From contig JADHNL010000003.1 in assembly GCA_016779525.1 (NCBI GenBank), forward strand, positions 1 to 56,533: a DNA stretch of 56,533 nucleotides, given 5' to 3'. Source of the stretch: SAR86 cluster bacterium (GTDB taxonomy: Bacteria > Pseudomonadota > Gammaproteobacteria > Magnimaribacterales > TMED112). A program made the position numbers and the translations under genes. The notes below the pieces were generated by a model. The model ran no database searches and was not told the origin of the DNA. It worked only from the letters and a program-made list of their open reading frames with translations. Positions 40,471 through 49,461 of this stretch are shown one piece after another; the stretch's first letter is position 1, and each line of letters begins with the position of its first letter.

Positions 40471-41727
40471 ATGAAAATAAAGTCGATAAAAGCGATAGAG
40501 GTTTTGGATTCGCGTGGCAGGCCTACGGTTTATGCTTCTGTGAATCTTGAAGATGGTTCAAAGGGTGAGGCATACGTTCCTAGTGGAGCATCAACAGGAA
40601 GTTTAGAGGCTCATGAATTAAGAGATTCAGATAATAGATTTTGTGGATTGGGAGTAATGCAGTCAGTAAATAATATCAATAACATTATCCAACCATCTTT
40701 AATCAATAAAGATGCATCAGATCAAGAGGAAATAGATAAATTAATGTGTGAGCTTGATGCCACAATAAATAAAAGCAAGCTTGGTGCAAATTCAGTTCTC
40801 GCAGTGTCACTTGCAGTATCAAGGTCTGCTGCAAATAGCCTTAATATTCCACTCTATGAATATCTAAATATTATCTATAAAAAAAGATTCAATCGAGAAG
40901 TACAAATGTCATTACCAAGACCAATGCTAAATATCTTTAATGGTGGTGGGCATGCTAATAACACCATTGATATCCAAGAATTTATGATTCTTCCTGATAT
41001 TAAATTCGAATTCTCAGAAGGCTTACGAATATCTACAGAGGTTTATATGAATCTAAAAAAAATTCTTTCAGAAAAAGGGTTAAGCACTACTGTTGGAGAT
41101 GAAGGTGGCTTTGCTCCAAATCTGAGAACCAATGAAGAGGTAATAGAACACATTATTCAGGCAGTAGAAGCAAGTGGTATGAGATATGGTGAAGATGTTC
41201 ATTTAGGCTTGGACTGCGCAGCAACAGAATTTTTTCAGGATGGAAGCTATGTCTTGAAAGGAGAAAATAAACAACTCAGTTCTATTGAAATGATAGATTA
41301 TTTAAAAGATTTGATTAATAAATTTCAGATTATTTCTGTTGAAGACCCTTTAGATGAAAATGATTGGGATAGTTGGGCTAAAATTACGGCAGAGTGCCCG
41401 AACACACAGATAGTTGGAGATGATATTTTTGTGACACAAAGTAAATTGCTCGATAGAGGCATCAAAGAAAATGCAGGAAATGCAATTTTAGTTAAACTCA
41501 ATCAAGTTGGATCGCTATCAGAAACTTTGGAGGCAATTAATCTTGCTCAAAACAATAATTTTTCAACTGTTATCTCCCACCGTTCAGGTGAAACTGAAGA
41601 TAGCTTCATCTCTGATTTATCAGTTGCAGTGAATGCAAAACAAATTAAAACAGGGGCTCCTGCAAGATCTGATCGAACCGCAAAGTACAATCGATTACTG
41701 ATAATAAATTCTGAACTCTATCCATGA
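40471..41727 (+). CDS. eno: enolase
   Basis: LDSRG, PSGASTG, GDEGGF, VGDD, KLNQ, SHRSGETED. Confidence 0.99.
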   Translation: MKIKSIKAIEVLDSRGRPTVYASVNLEDGSKGEAYVPSGASTGSLEAHELRDSDNRFCGLGVMQSVNNINNIIQPSLINKDASDQEEIDKLMCELDATINKSKLGANSVLAVSLAVSRSAANSLNIPLYEYLNIIYKKRFNREVQMSLPRPMLNIFNGGGHANNTIDIQEFMILPDIKFEFSEGLRISTEVYMNLKKILSEKGLSTTVGDEGGFAPNLRTNEEVIEHIIQAVEASGMRYGEDVHLGLDCAATEFFQDGSYVLKGENKQLSSIEMIDYLKDLINKFQIISVEDPLDENDWDSWAKITAECPNTQIVGDDIFVTQSKLLDRGIKENAGNAILVKLNQVGSLSETLEAINLAQNNNFSTVISHRSGETEDSFISDLSVAVNAKQIKTGAPARSDRTAKYNRLLIINSELYP

Positions 41728-42017
41728 AAATAAAGCGGGTAGCAAATATTTTCCTTTACTCTTTTTTGTTTGGTTTATTGATTTATCTGCTTTACGACAT
41801 TTTCCTTGGTGACTATAGCTTTTCTCAACAGGCAGAGTTAGAAGAGCTGGTAAACATTAAAGAAGAGGAGTTATCAAAAATTTCAAATGAAAATCAGAAT
41901 ATAAAAACGGAAATACAATTCATCAAAGACAATGATGAGTATCTTGAACTTATCGCCAGAGAGGAGCTGGGATTAGTTAGAGAAGGTGAAGAGTATATTG
42001 ATGATGAGCCGGAATAG
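41724..42017 (+). CDS. ftsB: septum formation initiator FtsB
   Basis: TM helix, coiled coil and E..AREELGLV..GE; conserved position after eno. Confidence 0.9.
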   Translation: MKIKRVANIFLYSFLFGLLIYLLYDIFLGDYSFSQQAELEELVNIKEEELSKISNENQNIKTEIQFIKDNDEYLELIAREELGLVREGEEYIDDEPE

Positions 42018-43149
42018 ATATAAAGTTGCTATTATTCCTGCCGCAGGCTTTGGTACAAGGTTTTCATCAGACACTCCCAAACAGCTGATCAGGTTAAAGG
42101 ATGTATCGATAATTGAAAAAACAATTTCAGCCTTTGAATTTTGCGATCAAATAGATGAAATAATAATTCCAACTAATGATGCTGTAAGACAACAAGTAAA
42201 TTTATCCAATTACAATAGAAAAAAAATTAAGCTAATCCCAGGCGGTGACACTAGAGCTGAGTCAGTCTATCAAGCCTTAAAAGAGGTTATTGATGAGGAG
42301 GCTTTAGTAATTGTTCATGACGCAGTAAGGCCGTTCATCTCGACTGCAGAGATAGTAAAACTAATTGATGAATATGAAAAGAGAAATGCTGACATCTTAG
42401 TGTATGGCATTCCTGTTTATGAATCATTGAAACTTATAGATAGCGAAACGCTCGAAATCAAAAAGAGCGTCGATAGAAATGAATACTATTTAGCACAAAC
42501 ACCACAAATAACTTCAGCAAAAACTTTATTTGAGGCATATGGCCAGAGTTTAAGCAATAATTTTTTTCCATCTGATGAGTGTGAAGCTGTTGAAAGATAT
42601 GGTGGAAGAGGTGAGTTTATTCCCGGAAGTAGAAAAAATATAAAAATTACTGTGCCAGAGGATTTGGTTGCAGATAAAGAACAACTTATTGGCAATGGTT
42701 TTGATAGCCATAGATTTTGTAAAGGTGATGGATTGTTGATTGGCGGCTTCAAGGTTCCATATAAATTTTCTTTTGAAGCTCATTCAGATGGAGATATTGT
42801 GCTTCATGCTTTAATTGATTCAATGCTGGGGGCTTTAAATTTAGGTGATATTGGAACAAATTTCCCTTCAACTGAAGAATGGAGAGATGCTCCAGGAAGA
42901 AAGCTATTTTCATTAGCGTATCAAAAAGTTAGGAATGAGGGATATAAGCTATTGCAATTTGATGTCATAGTCATTGCAGAGCAACCAAAAATGAGTGAGT
43001 ACAGGGAAGAAATTATAAGAAGTCTTTCAGAAATTACCTCAGTCCCTGAAAAAAACATAGGCTTTAAGGCTAAAACTGCAGAAAATATGGGATTTATTGG
43101 TAATAATGAGGGAGCAGCAGCAATGGTAATCTCTAGGCTAAGCAGATGA
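42001..43149 (+). CDS. ispDF: bifunctional IspD/IspF (MEP cytidylyltransferase / MEcDP synthase)
   Basis: AAGFGTRF..PKQ, VHDAVRP, AQTPQ and NIKIT.PED (IspD) run in frame into GNGFDSH, HSDGD..LHA..D and GDIG (IspF). Start is ATG 42001 or 42004. Confidence 0.95.
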   Translation: MMSRNRYKVAIIPAAGFGTRFSSDTPKQLIRLKDVSIIEKTISAFEFCDQIDEIIIPTNDAVRQQVNLSNYNRKKIKLIPGGDTRAESVYQALKEVIDEEALVIVHDAVRPFISTAEIVKLIDEYEKRNADILVYGIPVYESLKLIDSETLEIKKSVDRNEYYLAQTPQITSAKTLFEAYGQSLSNNFFPSDECEAVERYGGRGEFIPGSRKNIKITVPEDLVADKEQLIGNGFDSHRFCKGDGLLIGGFKVPYKFSFEAHSDGDIVLHALIDSMLGALNLGDIGTNFPSTEEWRDAPGRKLFSLAYQKVRNEGYKLLQFDVIVIAEQPKMSEYREEIIRSLSEITSVPEKNIGFKAKTAENMGFIGNNEGAAAMVISRLSR

Positions 43150-43889
43150 AAATATTATTTACAAACGATGACGGCATTGATTCTCACATAACAAGAGAGT
43201 TGTATGAAACCTTATCTGCTGAACACGAAGCTTATTTAATTGCACCTGCTAAAGACAAAAGTGGACAAGGCGCTGCAATTACTCTAAGAACTTCCGTTGA
43301 TGTGGTAAAGCTTGAAGACAAAATTTATTCGGTTGATGGCACGCCAGCGGATTGCGTTTTTATGGGTTTAATGGCAATTATGGATGGCTTGCCAGATATT
43401 ATCATCTCAGGCATTAATAAAGGAGCAAATATGGGTGATGATGTAATACACTCTGGCACTCTTGGCGCAGCTTTTACAGCTAGAAAAATGAAGCTACCTC
43501 CATTAGCAGTATCCATTGCTGGTAGATCATTTGAAAATTATCAGTCTTCTATATTAGCAACCAAGTTAATGCTGGAATACATAGAGAAAAACTACTCAGC
43601 TGTTACACATGGTGGGCTGGTATTCAATGTTAATGTTCCTAATTTGCCTTTTGAGGAAATCGAAGGATTTCAGTTAACAAAGCTTGGCAATAGAGGCATA
43701 CCCTTAGCCCCTGAGTTTGAAGAAAGTGAAGGGAAAATAAGTTATAAGATTGGAAAATCAGGCAGTCCGGATGGAGATTTATCAGGTACTGATTTTGAGG
43801 CAATTCGATCAAATAAGATTTCCGTAACACCACTTTATTGGGATATGACAAATAAAGATATGGTTATTGGAGATCTTCCGAGTGTATAA
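43146..43889 (+). CDS. surE: 5'/3'-nucleotidase SurE
   Basis: TNDDG, GTPADCV, SGINKGAN, SGT, NVN.P, SVTPL. Confidence 0.97.
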   Translation: MKILFTNDDGIDSHITRELYETLSAEHEAYLIAPAKDKSGQGAAITLRTSVDVVKLEDKIYSVDGTPADCVFMGLMAIMDGLPDIIISGINKGANMGDDVIHSGTLGAAFTARKMKLPPLAVSIAGRSFENYQSSILATKLMLEYIEKNYSAVTHGGLVFNVNVPNLPFEEIEGFQLTKLGNRGIPLAPEFEESEGKISYKIGKSGSPDGDLSGTDFEAIRSNKISVTPLYWDMTNKDMVIGDLPSV

Positions 43890-44619
43890 AGTTTTTTATA
43901 ATCTTTTAGCAGGCTTTTGCATGGGTCTAGCTGAAATTACTCCTGGCATATCAGGTGCTACTATTGCCGGGATCTTTAACGTCTATAAAGATTTCCTAGC
44001 TTCATTGAGTTCATTTAACCCACAGTTACTGAATAAAGGCTTTAGGCAGCTAATTGCCAATTTAAATTTATCGTTTATGGCGCCATTACTGATTGGCATG
44101 TCGGCAGCTATTTTCTTAGCCGCAAATATAATCAATTATTTGATAGTTAGTTTTCTTTTCGAATTGAAAATATTTCTTTCTTTGTTGATGGTTTTTGCAG
44201 TGGTAAAAAATTTATTTTTTGACCATGAATATAAACAAATTAAAAACTTCTTTATAAGTTTTTTTATTGGGGTTTTATTTTCTTCATTGGTTGCTTTTAC
44301 TTTAGTAACTCTTAATTTCAGCAATTCTTTTTTACTTATTTTTGCTGGGTTTTTGGGGTTTAGTGCATTTATACTACCGGGGATATCTGGGTCTTTAGTT
44401 TTTCTGATGTTAGGTTCTTATCAGCTAATAATTTCTGCAATAGTGGCACTTGATATTCTTGCTTTGCTCCCCGTTCTTCTCGGAATGTTGCTCTCATTCT
44501 TGTTATTGCCCAAGGTAATAGTAGATAGGTTTGAAGAAAACTCTGAAAGAACGATTATGTTTTTCTCAGGGTTAATATTTGGATCAATTCCGGCTGTCTG
44601 GTTGCATTTACATGCTTAA
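43882..44619 (+). CDS. DUF368-family membrane protein (undecaprenyl-phosphate translocase family)
   Basis: Repeated PGISG motifs ([22 protein letters not shown]). GTG 43882 with upstream GGAG is preferred over TTG 43867. Confidence 0.85.
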   Translation: MYKVFYNLLAGFCMGLAEITPGISGATIAGIFNVYKDFLASLSSFNPQLLNKGFRQLIANLNLSFMAPLLIGMSAAIFLAANIINYLIVSFLFELKIFLSLLMVFAVVKNLFFDHEYKQIKNFFISFFIGVLFSSLVAFTLVTLNFSNSFLLIFAGFLGFSAFILPGISGSLVFLMLGSYQLIISAIVALDILALLPVLLGMLLSFLLLPKVIVDRFEENSERTIMFFSGLIFGSIPAVWLHLHA

Positions 44620-44939
44620 TCTCTTAGCAGATCAATTTTATCTTTTATGGTTTTAAATTTTTTCGCTTCTGGTAGTGCTTCTTTTTGTTGGGTGATATTT
44701 GGCCATACTTTTGAATATTTTTCATTTAATTCAATGAAAGGAATTTGATCTGGAGGAAGCTCATCCTCTGCATAAATTGCATCTACGGGACATTCTGGTT
44801 CGCATAGACCACAATCAATACATTCATCTGGATTGATTGCCAAGAAATTTGGACCTTCATAAAAGCAATCAACGGGACAAACTTCAACACAGTCGGTATG
44901 CTTACATTCTATGCATGAGTCTGTAACTATAAAAGCCAT
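44616..44939 (-). CDS. fdxA: 7Fe ferredoxin (FdxA type)
   Basis: [18 protein letters not shown] and [12 protein letters not shown]; 107 aa. Confidence 0.96.
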   Translation of the reverse strand: MAFIVTDSCIECKHTDCVEVCPVDCFYEGPNFLAINPDECIDCGLCEPECPVDAIYAEDELPPDQIPFIELNEKYSKVWPNITQQKEALPEAKKFKTIKDKIDLLRD

Positions 44940-44946
44940 TGAGGTT

Positions 44947-44952
44947 ATTTTA
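44947..44952 (-). promoter_or_regulatory. putative -10 element for a leaderless fdxA transcript
   Basis: Minus strand reads TAAAAT-AACCTCA-ATG (7-nt spacer, no SD). Confidence 0.45.
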
Positions 44953-45005
44953 CTTGTGAATAGAAATATTGAAAAACATTCAAGTCATTAATTGGAAGTA
45001 TTTAC

Positions 45006-45048
45006 TTGTAAGAAAAAAAAATATAGATTACTGTATATATATACACTT
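45006..45048 (+). promoter_or_regulatory. recA promoter overlapped by a near-consensus LexA (SOS) box
   Basis: TTGTAA (45006-45011), 17 nt, TACTGT (45029-45034). CTGTATATATATACAC (45031-45046) matches CTGT-N8-ACAG except at the last base. Confidence 0.7.
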
Positions 45049-45055
45049 ATTTAAA

Positions 45056-46033
45056 ATGGCTGATAATAAAAAACAAACTCTCGAAAATGCCCTTAAGCAA
45101 ATTGAAAGTCAATTTGGCAAGGGAACAATAATGAAACTAGGTGCTAGAGAGGCGGTAGAAGTGCCGTCAATATCAACAGGCTCTTTTGGTCTTGATAAAG
45201 CTCTAGGGATTGGAGGGCTTCCTAAAGGAAGAGTAGTTGAAATCTATGGACCAGAATCTTCAGGAAAAACAACTCTAACATTGCAGATTATAGCTGAGTG
45301 TCAGAAAGCTGGTGGAAATGCGGCATTTATCGATGCAGAGCATGCACTGGATCCAGAGTATGCCAAAGCACTTGGGGTTGATATTGATGAACTGCTGCTT
45401 TCTCAACCTGATACTGGAGAACAGGCCCTGGAAGTTACAGATATGTTGGTAAAAAGTGGAAGTTTAGATGTGATTGTTATCGATAGTGTTGCTGCTTTGG
45501 TACCAAGAGCAGAGCTCGAGGGTGACATGGGTGATTCGCATGTAGGCTTGCAAGCTCGACTTATGTCTCAAGCATTAAGAAAAATTACAGGAAGCATTCA
45601 AAAATCAAACACTCTTGTCATTTTTATAAATCAGATAAGAATGAAAATTGGAGTTATGTTTGGAAGTCCTGAAACAACAACAGGTGGTAATGCCTTAAAA
45701 TTCTACTCAAGTGTCCGATTAGATATACGAAGAGTGGGTGCTATAAAAGATGGCGATGAAATTGTTGGGAACGAGACAAGAGTTAAAGTTGTCAAAAATA
45801 AAATGGCACCACCATTTAAGGTTGTAGACTTTCAGATTTTGTATGGCAAAGGTATTAACAGGATGGCAGAAATCATAGAGCATGCTGTTAAAAAAGGAAC
45901 TATAGAGAAAGCTGGATCTTGGTACAGTTTTGAGGGCGATAAAATTGGTCAAGGCTTAAGTAATGCTTCACAGTTTTTAGTCGATAATCCTAAGGTTCTT
46001 GAGAAAGTTGAACAATCTATTATTGAGACTTAG
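45056..46033 (+). CDS. recA: recombinase RecA (325 aa)
   Basis: [43 protein letters not shown]. Start moved from 44969 to ATG 45056. Confidence 0.99.
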   Translation: MADNKKQTLENALKQIESQFGKGTIMKLGAREAVEVPSISTGSFGLDKALGIGGLPKGRVVEIYGPESSGKTTLTLQIIAECQKAGGNAAFIDAEHALDPEYAKALGVDIDELLLSQPDTGEQALEVTDMLVKSGSLDVIVIDSVAALVPRAELEGDMGDSHVGLQARLMSQALRKITGSIQKSNTLVIFINQIRMKIGVMFGSPETTTGGNALKFYSSVRLDIRRVGAIKDGDEIVGNETRVKVVKNKMAPPFKVVDFQILYGKGINRMAEIIEHAVKKGTIEKAGSWYSFEGDKIGQGLSNASQFLVDNPKVLEKVEQSIIET

Positions 46034-47901
46034 TTAGCTTTAACTTCTTGAATATATTTATCAATTATTGCCTCTAGTACTGTTAGAGGCAAAGACCCAT
46101 TCATGAGCACGTGATGATGAAAATCTCTAATGTCGTAACGGTTCCCAAGTTCATTTTGAGCCTTCTCTCTAAGCTCTAGGATTTTAATTTGCCCAATCAT
46201 GTAGGCGCACGCTTGCCCTGGCCAAACAATATATCTTTCTATCTCAGATGTAGCTTCACTTTCTTCTGATCCAACATTTTCCATCATATATTTAATTGCC
46301 TCTTCTCTAGTCCACTTCTTATAATGAATTCCAGTATCAACCACCAATCTTACTGCTCTAAATAGTTCTGATTGAAGAGAACCTATCATTTCATAAGGAT
46401 CATTAATTAATCCTGCTTCAATGGCTAATCTTTCCGAATATAATGCCCAACCTTCTCCAAAGGCGGAAGTTCTGTAACCTAGTTTTTTCCAAATTGTTTG
46501 ATTTTGATTTTCTTGATTTAAGGCATTTTGAAAGTGATGTCCTGGTATAGCTTCATGAAAAGAAAGAGCTGGCATCCCAAATTTTTTAGTTGCTTTTATA
46601 TCGTAGAGGTTCGCATAAAAGATGCCTGGTCTTGAACCATCCAGCGCAGGTGATTGATAGTATCCTCCTGCAGCGCTTGCCTCGGCATATTCAGGTATTC
46701 TTTTTACTATTACCTCAGCTTTTGGTAATTGATGAAAATAGCTGCCCATCTCTGTCAAAGCATTTACTTGTATTTCTGTATACTTCTCTATGATTTGTCT
46801 TCTACCTTGATCTGAGTCTTCAAATAGAAATCTTGGGTCATTATTTAATTCATCATATAAAAATGGTAAAGGTTGTGTTGTGTCATAACCCTCATTTTCA
46901 AAAATATTAATGATTTCCGTTTGGATTTCGCTTACAAGTTTTAGGCCAATTTCATGAATTTCTTCAGGGGAGTAGTCTGTGGTGGTATAAATCTTTAATC
47001 GATGTTTATAAAAATCTTGACCATTGGGTAGTGCCCAAACGCCATCCGTAGTTCGAGCATTCAATAGCTGCTCATTAATAACTGAGGCTAGATTCTGATA
47101 GCTTTTGATAAAAGTATTTGAAAGTGCAGCCTCTAGTTGATTCAGATAGAGTTTTTTTAACCCATCATCTATTTCTACTGTTTCAATCTTTTCATTAAGA
47201 TTCTTATAGATTGGGTTATCGATTAGCTCTAATGATGCAAGTGCCTCTATTTGATTCTTAGCTTTTTTGTAAACAAATTTTGGCGAATATATTCCTTTTT
47301 TCTCTCTTTCTCTTAGGAAGAGGATAGATTCATTAATCACATCATCTATTGCAGATACTCTATCAATGTAATTTTTAACAGATTTTTCATCTGTAATCTT
47401 ATGTGTATCTGTCAGAAACTCTACGAGATTGAGATGTAAACCAAAAAATTGTGAAAGAGGATTGAAGTGATGTTGAAAAGATTCGTAGCTTACTTTTTGG
47501 TTTTTGAGACTGAATTTTGCTATCTGTAGATTAAATTTTTCATCTTGCAATTTGTTTTCATCAAATTTTTCTAAAGTGCTCAGGCGAACAATGGTTTCTT
47601 CATAACTCTTCTGGCTACTTTTCTGACTGTAATCGTCCCATCTAGAATTATGGCCAGTGAACATATCTAGCTCATCAAGTCCCATGTAGCTAAGTCTTTC
47701 TGGACTCGATAGTATGTCTTCAATGAGTATACGATCTAGATATCTATCAAGCTGATTTGTTGGGGTTGCACCCCAGTTTCGTAGCTTGTTTTCGAGCATT
47801 TTTGTTGCAAAAAAGTTGGGGTTAAACGAGAGTATGACTAACAAAGCTACGAGCAATGATCCGAGTAAAAAACCACCAATTGTTGTAAAAAATTTGATCA
47901 T
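46030..47901 (-). CDS. DUF885-family putative zinc metallopeptidase with N-terminal membrane anchor
   Basis: [35 protein letters not shown]...PGQAC.Y, FHH..L..GSLPL. Confidence 0.88.
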   Translation of the reverse strand: MIKFFTTIGGFLLGSLLVALLVILSFNPNFFATKMLENKLRNWGATPTNQLDRYLDRILIEDILSSPERLSYMGLDELDMFTGHNSRWDDYSQKSSQKSYEETIVRLSTLEKFDENKLQDEKFNLQIAKFSLKNQKVSYESFQHHFNPLSQFFGLHLNLVEFLTDTHKITDEKSVKNYIDRVSAIDDVINESILFLREREKKGIYSPKFVYKKAKNQIEALASLELIDNPIYKNLNEKIETVEIDDGLKKLYLNQLEAALSNTFIKSYQNLASVINEQLLNARTTDGVWALPNGQDFYKHRLKIYTTTDYSPEEIHEIGLKLVSEIQTEIINIFENEGYDTTQPLPFLYDELNNDPRFLFEDSDQGRRQIIEKYTEIQVNALTEMGSYFHQLPKAEVIVKRIPEYAEASAAGGYYQSPALDGSRPGIFYANLYDIKATKKFGMPALSFHEAIPGHHFQNALNQENQNQTIWKKLGYRTSAFGEGWALYSERLAIEAGLINDPYEMIGSLQSELFRAVRLVVDTGIHYKKWTREEAIKYMMENVGSEESEATSEIERYIVWPGQACAYMIGQIKILELREKAQNELGNRYDIRDFHHHVLMNGSLPLTVLEAIIDKYIQEVKAN

Positions 47902-49173
47902 TTAACTGTTTGATTCGATAATTTTTTTAATTTCATCCGCTGTAAAATCATTCTTTTGGCTCAAAACTCGATCATTAAACTCATATTTATTGCTATTAAA
48001 GTTATTAGGACTAATAACCACTGAATACGGTATTCCCAATAATTCATTTTCAGAGAACTTAATTCCAGCTCTTATTTCACGATCATCAAGCACAACATCA
48101 ATTTCATATTTCTTCATCAGTTTGTATAAGGTCACAGAAGCATCTATAACCTCAGGTTTCTTTGGATCTAAGCAAATAATATTCAGCTGGAAGGGGGTAA
48201 TTTTTTTTGGCCACAACATTCCATTTTCAGTGTAATTTTGTTCAATTGCAGCAGCAACAATCCTAGAGATTCCTATGCCATAACAACCCATTGAAAGTAT
48301 TATCTCATCCCCTTGCTCATTTTTTAATTTAACATCCATTTTTTCAGAGTATTTTTGGCCAAGTTGGAAAATATGACCTACTTCAATTCCTCTTTTTAAT
48401 TGTAATTTCCCCTTTCCGTCTGGTGAGGGTTTCCCTTGAAGCTCTGATGGATCTTTATCAAAATCTAAAACTTCAACATTTGCTGCAAAATCACTTTCAT
48501 CGCTAATGGCCAGTAGATCTTCTCCAGAGTTTGCCAAAATATGAAACTCCTCGCTTACATCACCTCCAATATTACCGGCATCAGCCTTAACGACCCTGTA
48601 ATTTAGCCCTAATTCGTCAAATGTTTTTATATAAGCATCTTTCATAATGTTGTAACTTTTTTGTAGGCCATCTGAACTCAAATCAAAACTATAAGCATCT
48701 TTCATAATAAATTCTCTTGCTCTCATGACTCCAAACCTTGGCCTTATCTCGTCTCTAAACTTTGTTTGAATTTGGTACAAATTGATTGGAAGATCTTTAT
48801 AACTTATTGGATAAGATCTAAAAATATCACAAACGACTTCCTCATGAGTGGGGCCTAAAACGAACTCTCTGTCTGATCTATCATTAAATTTAAGCAACTC
48901 TTTACCATATTCATCAAATCTTCTAGATTCTTTCCATAAATCAGAGGGCTGCACCAATGGCATTAGTATTTCTTGAGCACCTGCTTCATTCATATTTTTT
49001 CTTACGACATCTTCAACTTTTCTTAAAATTTTTAAGCCAAAAGGAAGCCAATTATAAATACCCGCAGCTGTTTTTTTAATCATGCCAGCCCTAAGCATCA
49101 ATTTATGACTTATAAGCTCAGCATCAGAGGGATCTTCTCTGCTTGTAGGGACGAAAATTTTTGAGAAATACAC
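47902..49173 (-). CDS. proS: prolyl-tRNA synthetase lacking the INS editing domain
   Basis: SHKLMLRAG, PTHEE, KFRDEIRPRFG, GIEVGHIFQLG, MGCYGIG. GTG start with SD GAGGAG and an upstream TATAAT. Confidence 0.98.
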   Translation of the reverse strand: MYFSKIFVPTSREDPSDAELISHKLMLRAGMIKKTAAGIYNWLPFGLKILRKVEDVVRKNMNEAGAQEILMPLVQPSDLWKESRRFDEYGKELLKFNDRSDREFVLGPTHEEVVCDIFRSYPISYKDLPINLYQIQTKFRDEIRPRFGVMRAREFIMKDAYSFDLSSDGLQKSYNIMKDAYIKTFDELGLNYRVVKADAGNIGGDVSEEFHILANSGEDLLAISDESDFAANVEVLDFDKDPSELQGKPSPDGKGKLQLKRGIEVGHIFQLGQKYSEKMDVKLKNEQGDEIILSMGCYGIGISRIVAAAIEQNYTENGMLWPKKITPFQLNIICLDPKKPEVIDASVTLYKLMKKYEIDVVLDDREIRAGIKFSENELLGIPYSVVISPNNFNSNKYEFNDRVLSQKNDFTADEIKKIIESNS

Positions 49174-49215
49174 TATAATCTCCTCTTTTAATTATATGGT
49201 AGTTTAATTAGGAAT

Positions 49216-49461
49216 ATGCCCATTTACGAGTATTACTGCGAAGTATGTCAATCAAAGTTTGAAGTAATTCAAAAAATTTCAGATCAACCTCTGGGAAAAT
49301 GCTTAAAATGTAAGAAGTCAAAAAAATTAGTAAAATTAGTATCTGCACCCGGATTCAGATTAAAGGGCTCCGGTTGGTACGAAACTGATTTTAAAGTTGG
49401 AGCTAAAAAAAATATTCACGAAGAAGAAAAAAAAGTTAAGAGTAAAAAAAATGAGAACTAA
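49216..49461 (+). CDS. FmdB-family zinc-ribbon protein
   Basis: MPIYEY.C..C...C..C and FRLKGSGWYETDF; usual neighbour of aspS. Confidence 0.92.
   Translation: MPIYEYYCEVCQSKFEVIQKISDQPLGKCLKCKKSKKLVKLVSAPGFRLKGSGWYETDFKVGAKKNIHEEEKKVKSKKNEN

Noticed and set aside
44949-45009. Direct repeat TTTACTTGT (44949-44957 and 45001-45009) between fdxA and recA
   Set aside because: Only 9 bp in very AT-rich DNA, and each copy overlaps a putative promoter hexamer; not enough to call an operator.
44969-45055. N-terminal extensions in the ORF track for recA (also mlaC, murD, rpsR, aspS, pal, ispDF)
   Set aside because: The extensions run through promoters or upstream genes and lack homology; downstream ATGs match the family N-termini.
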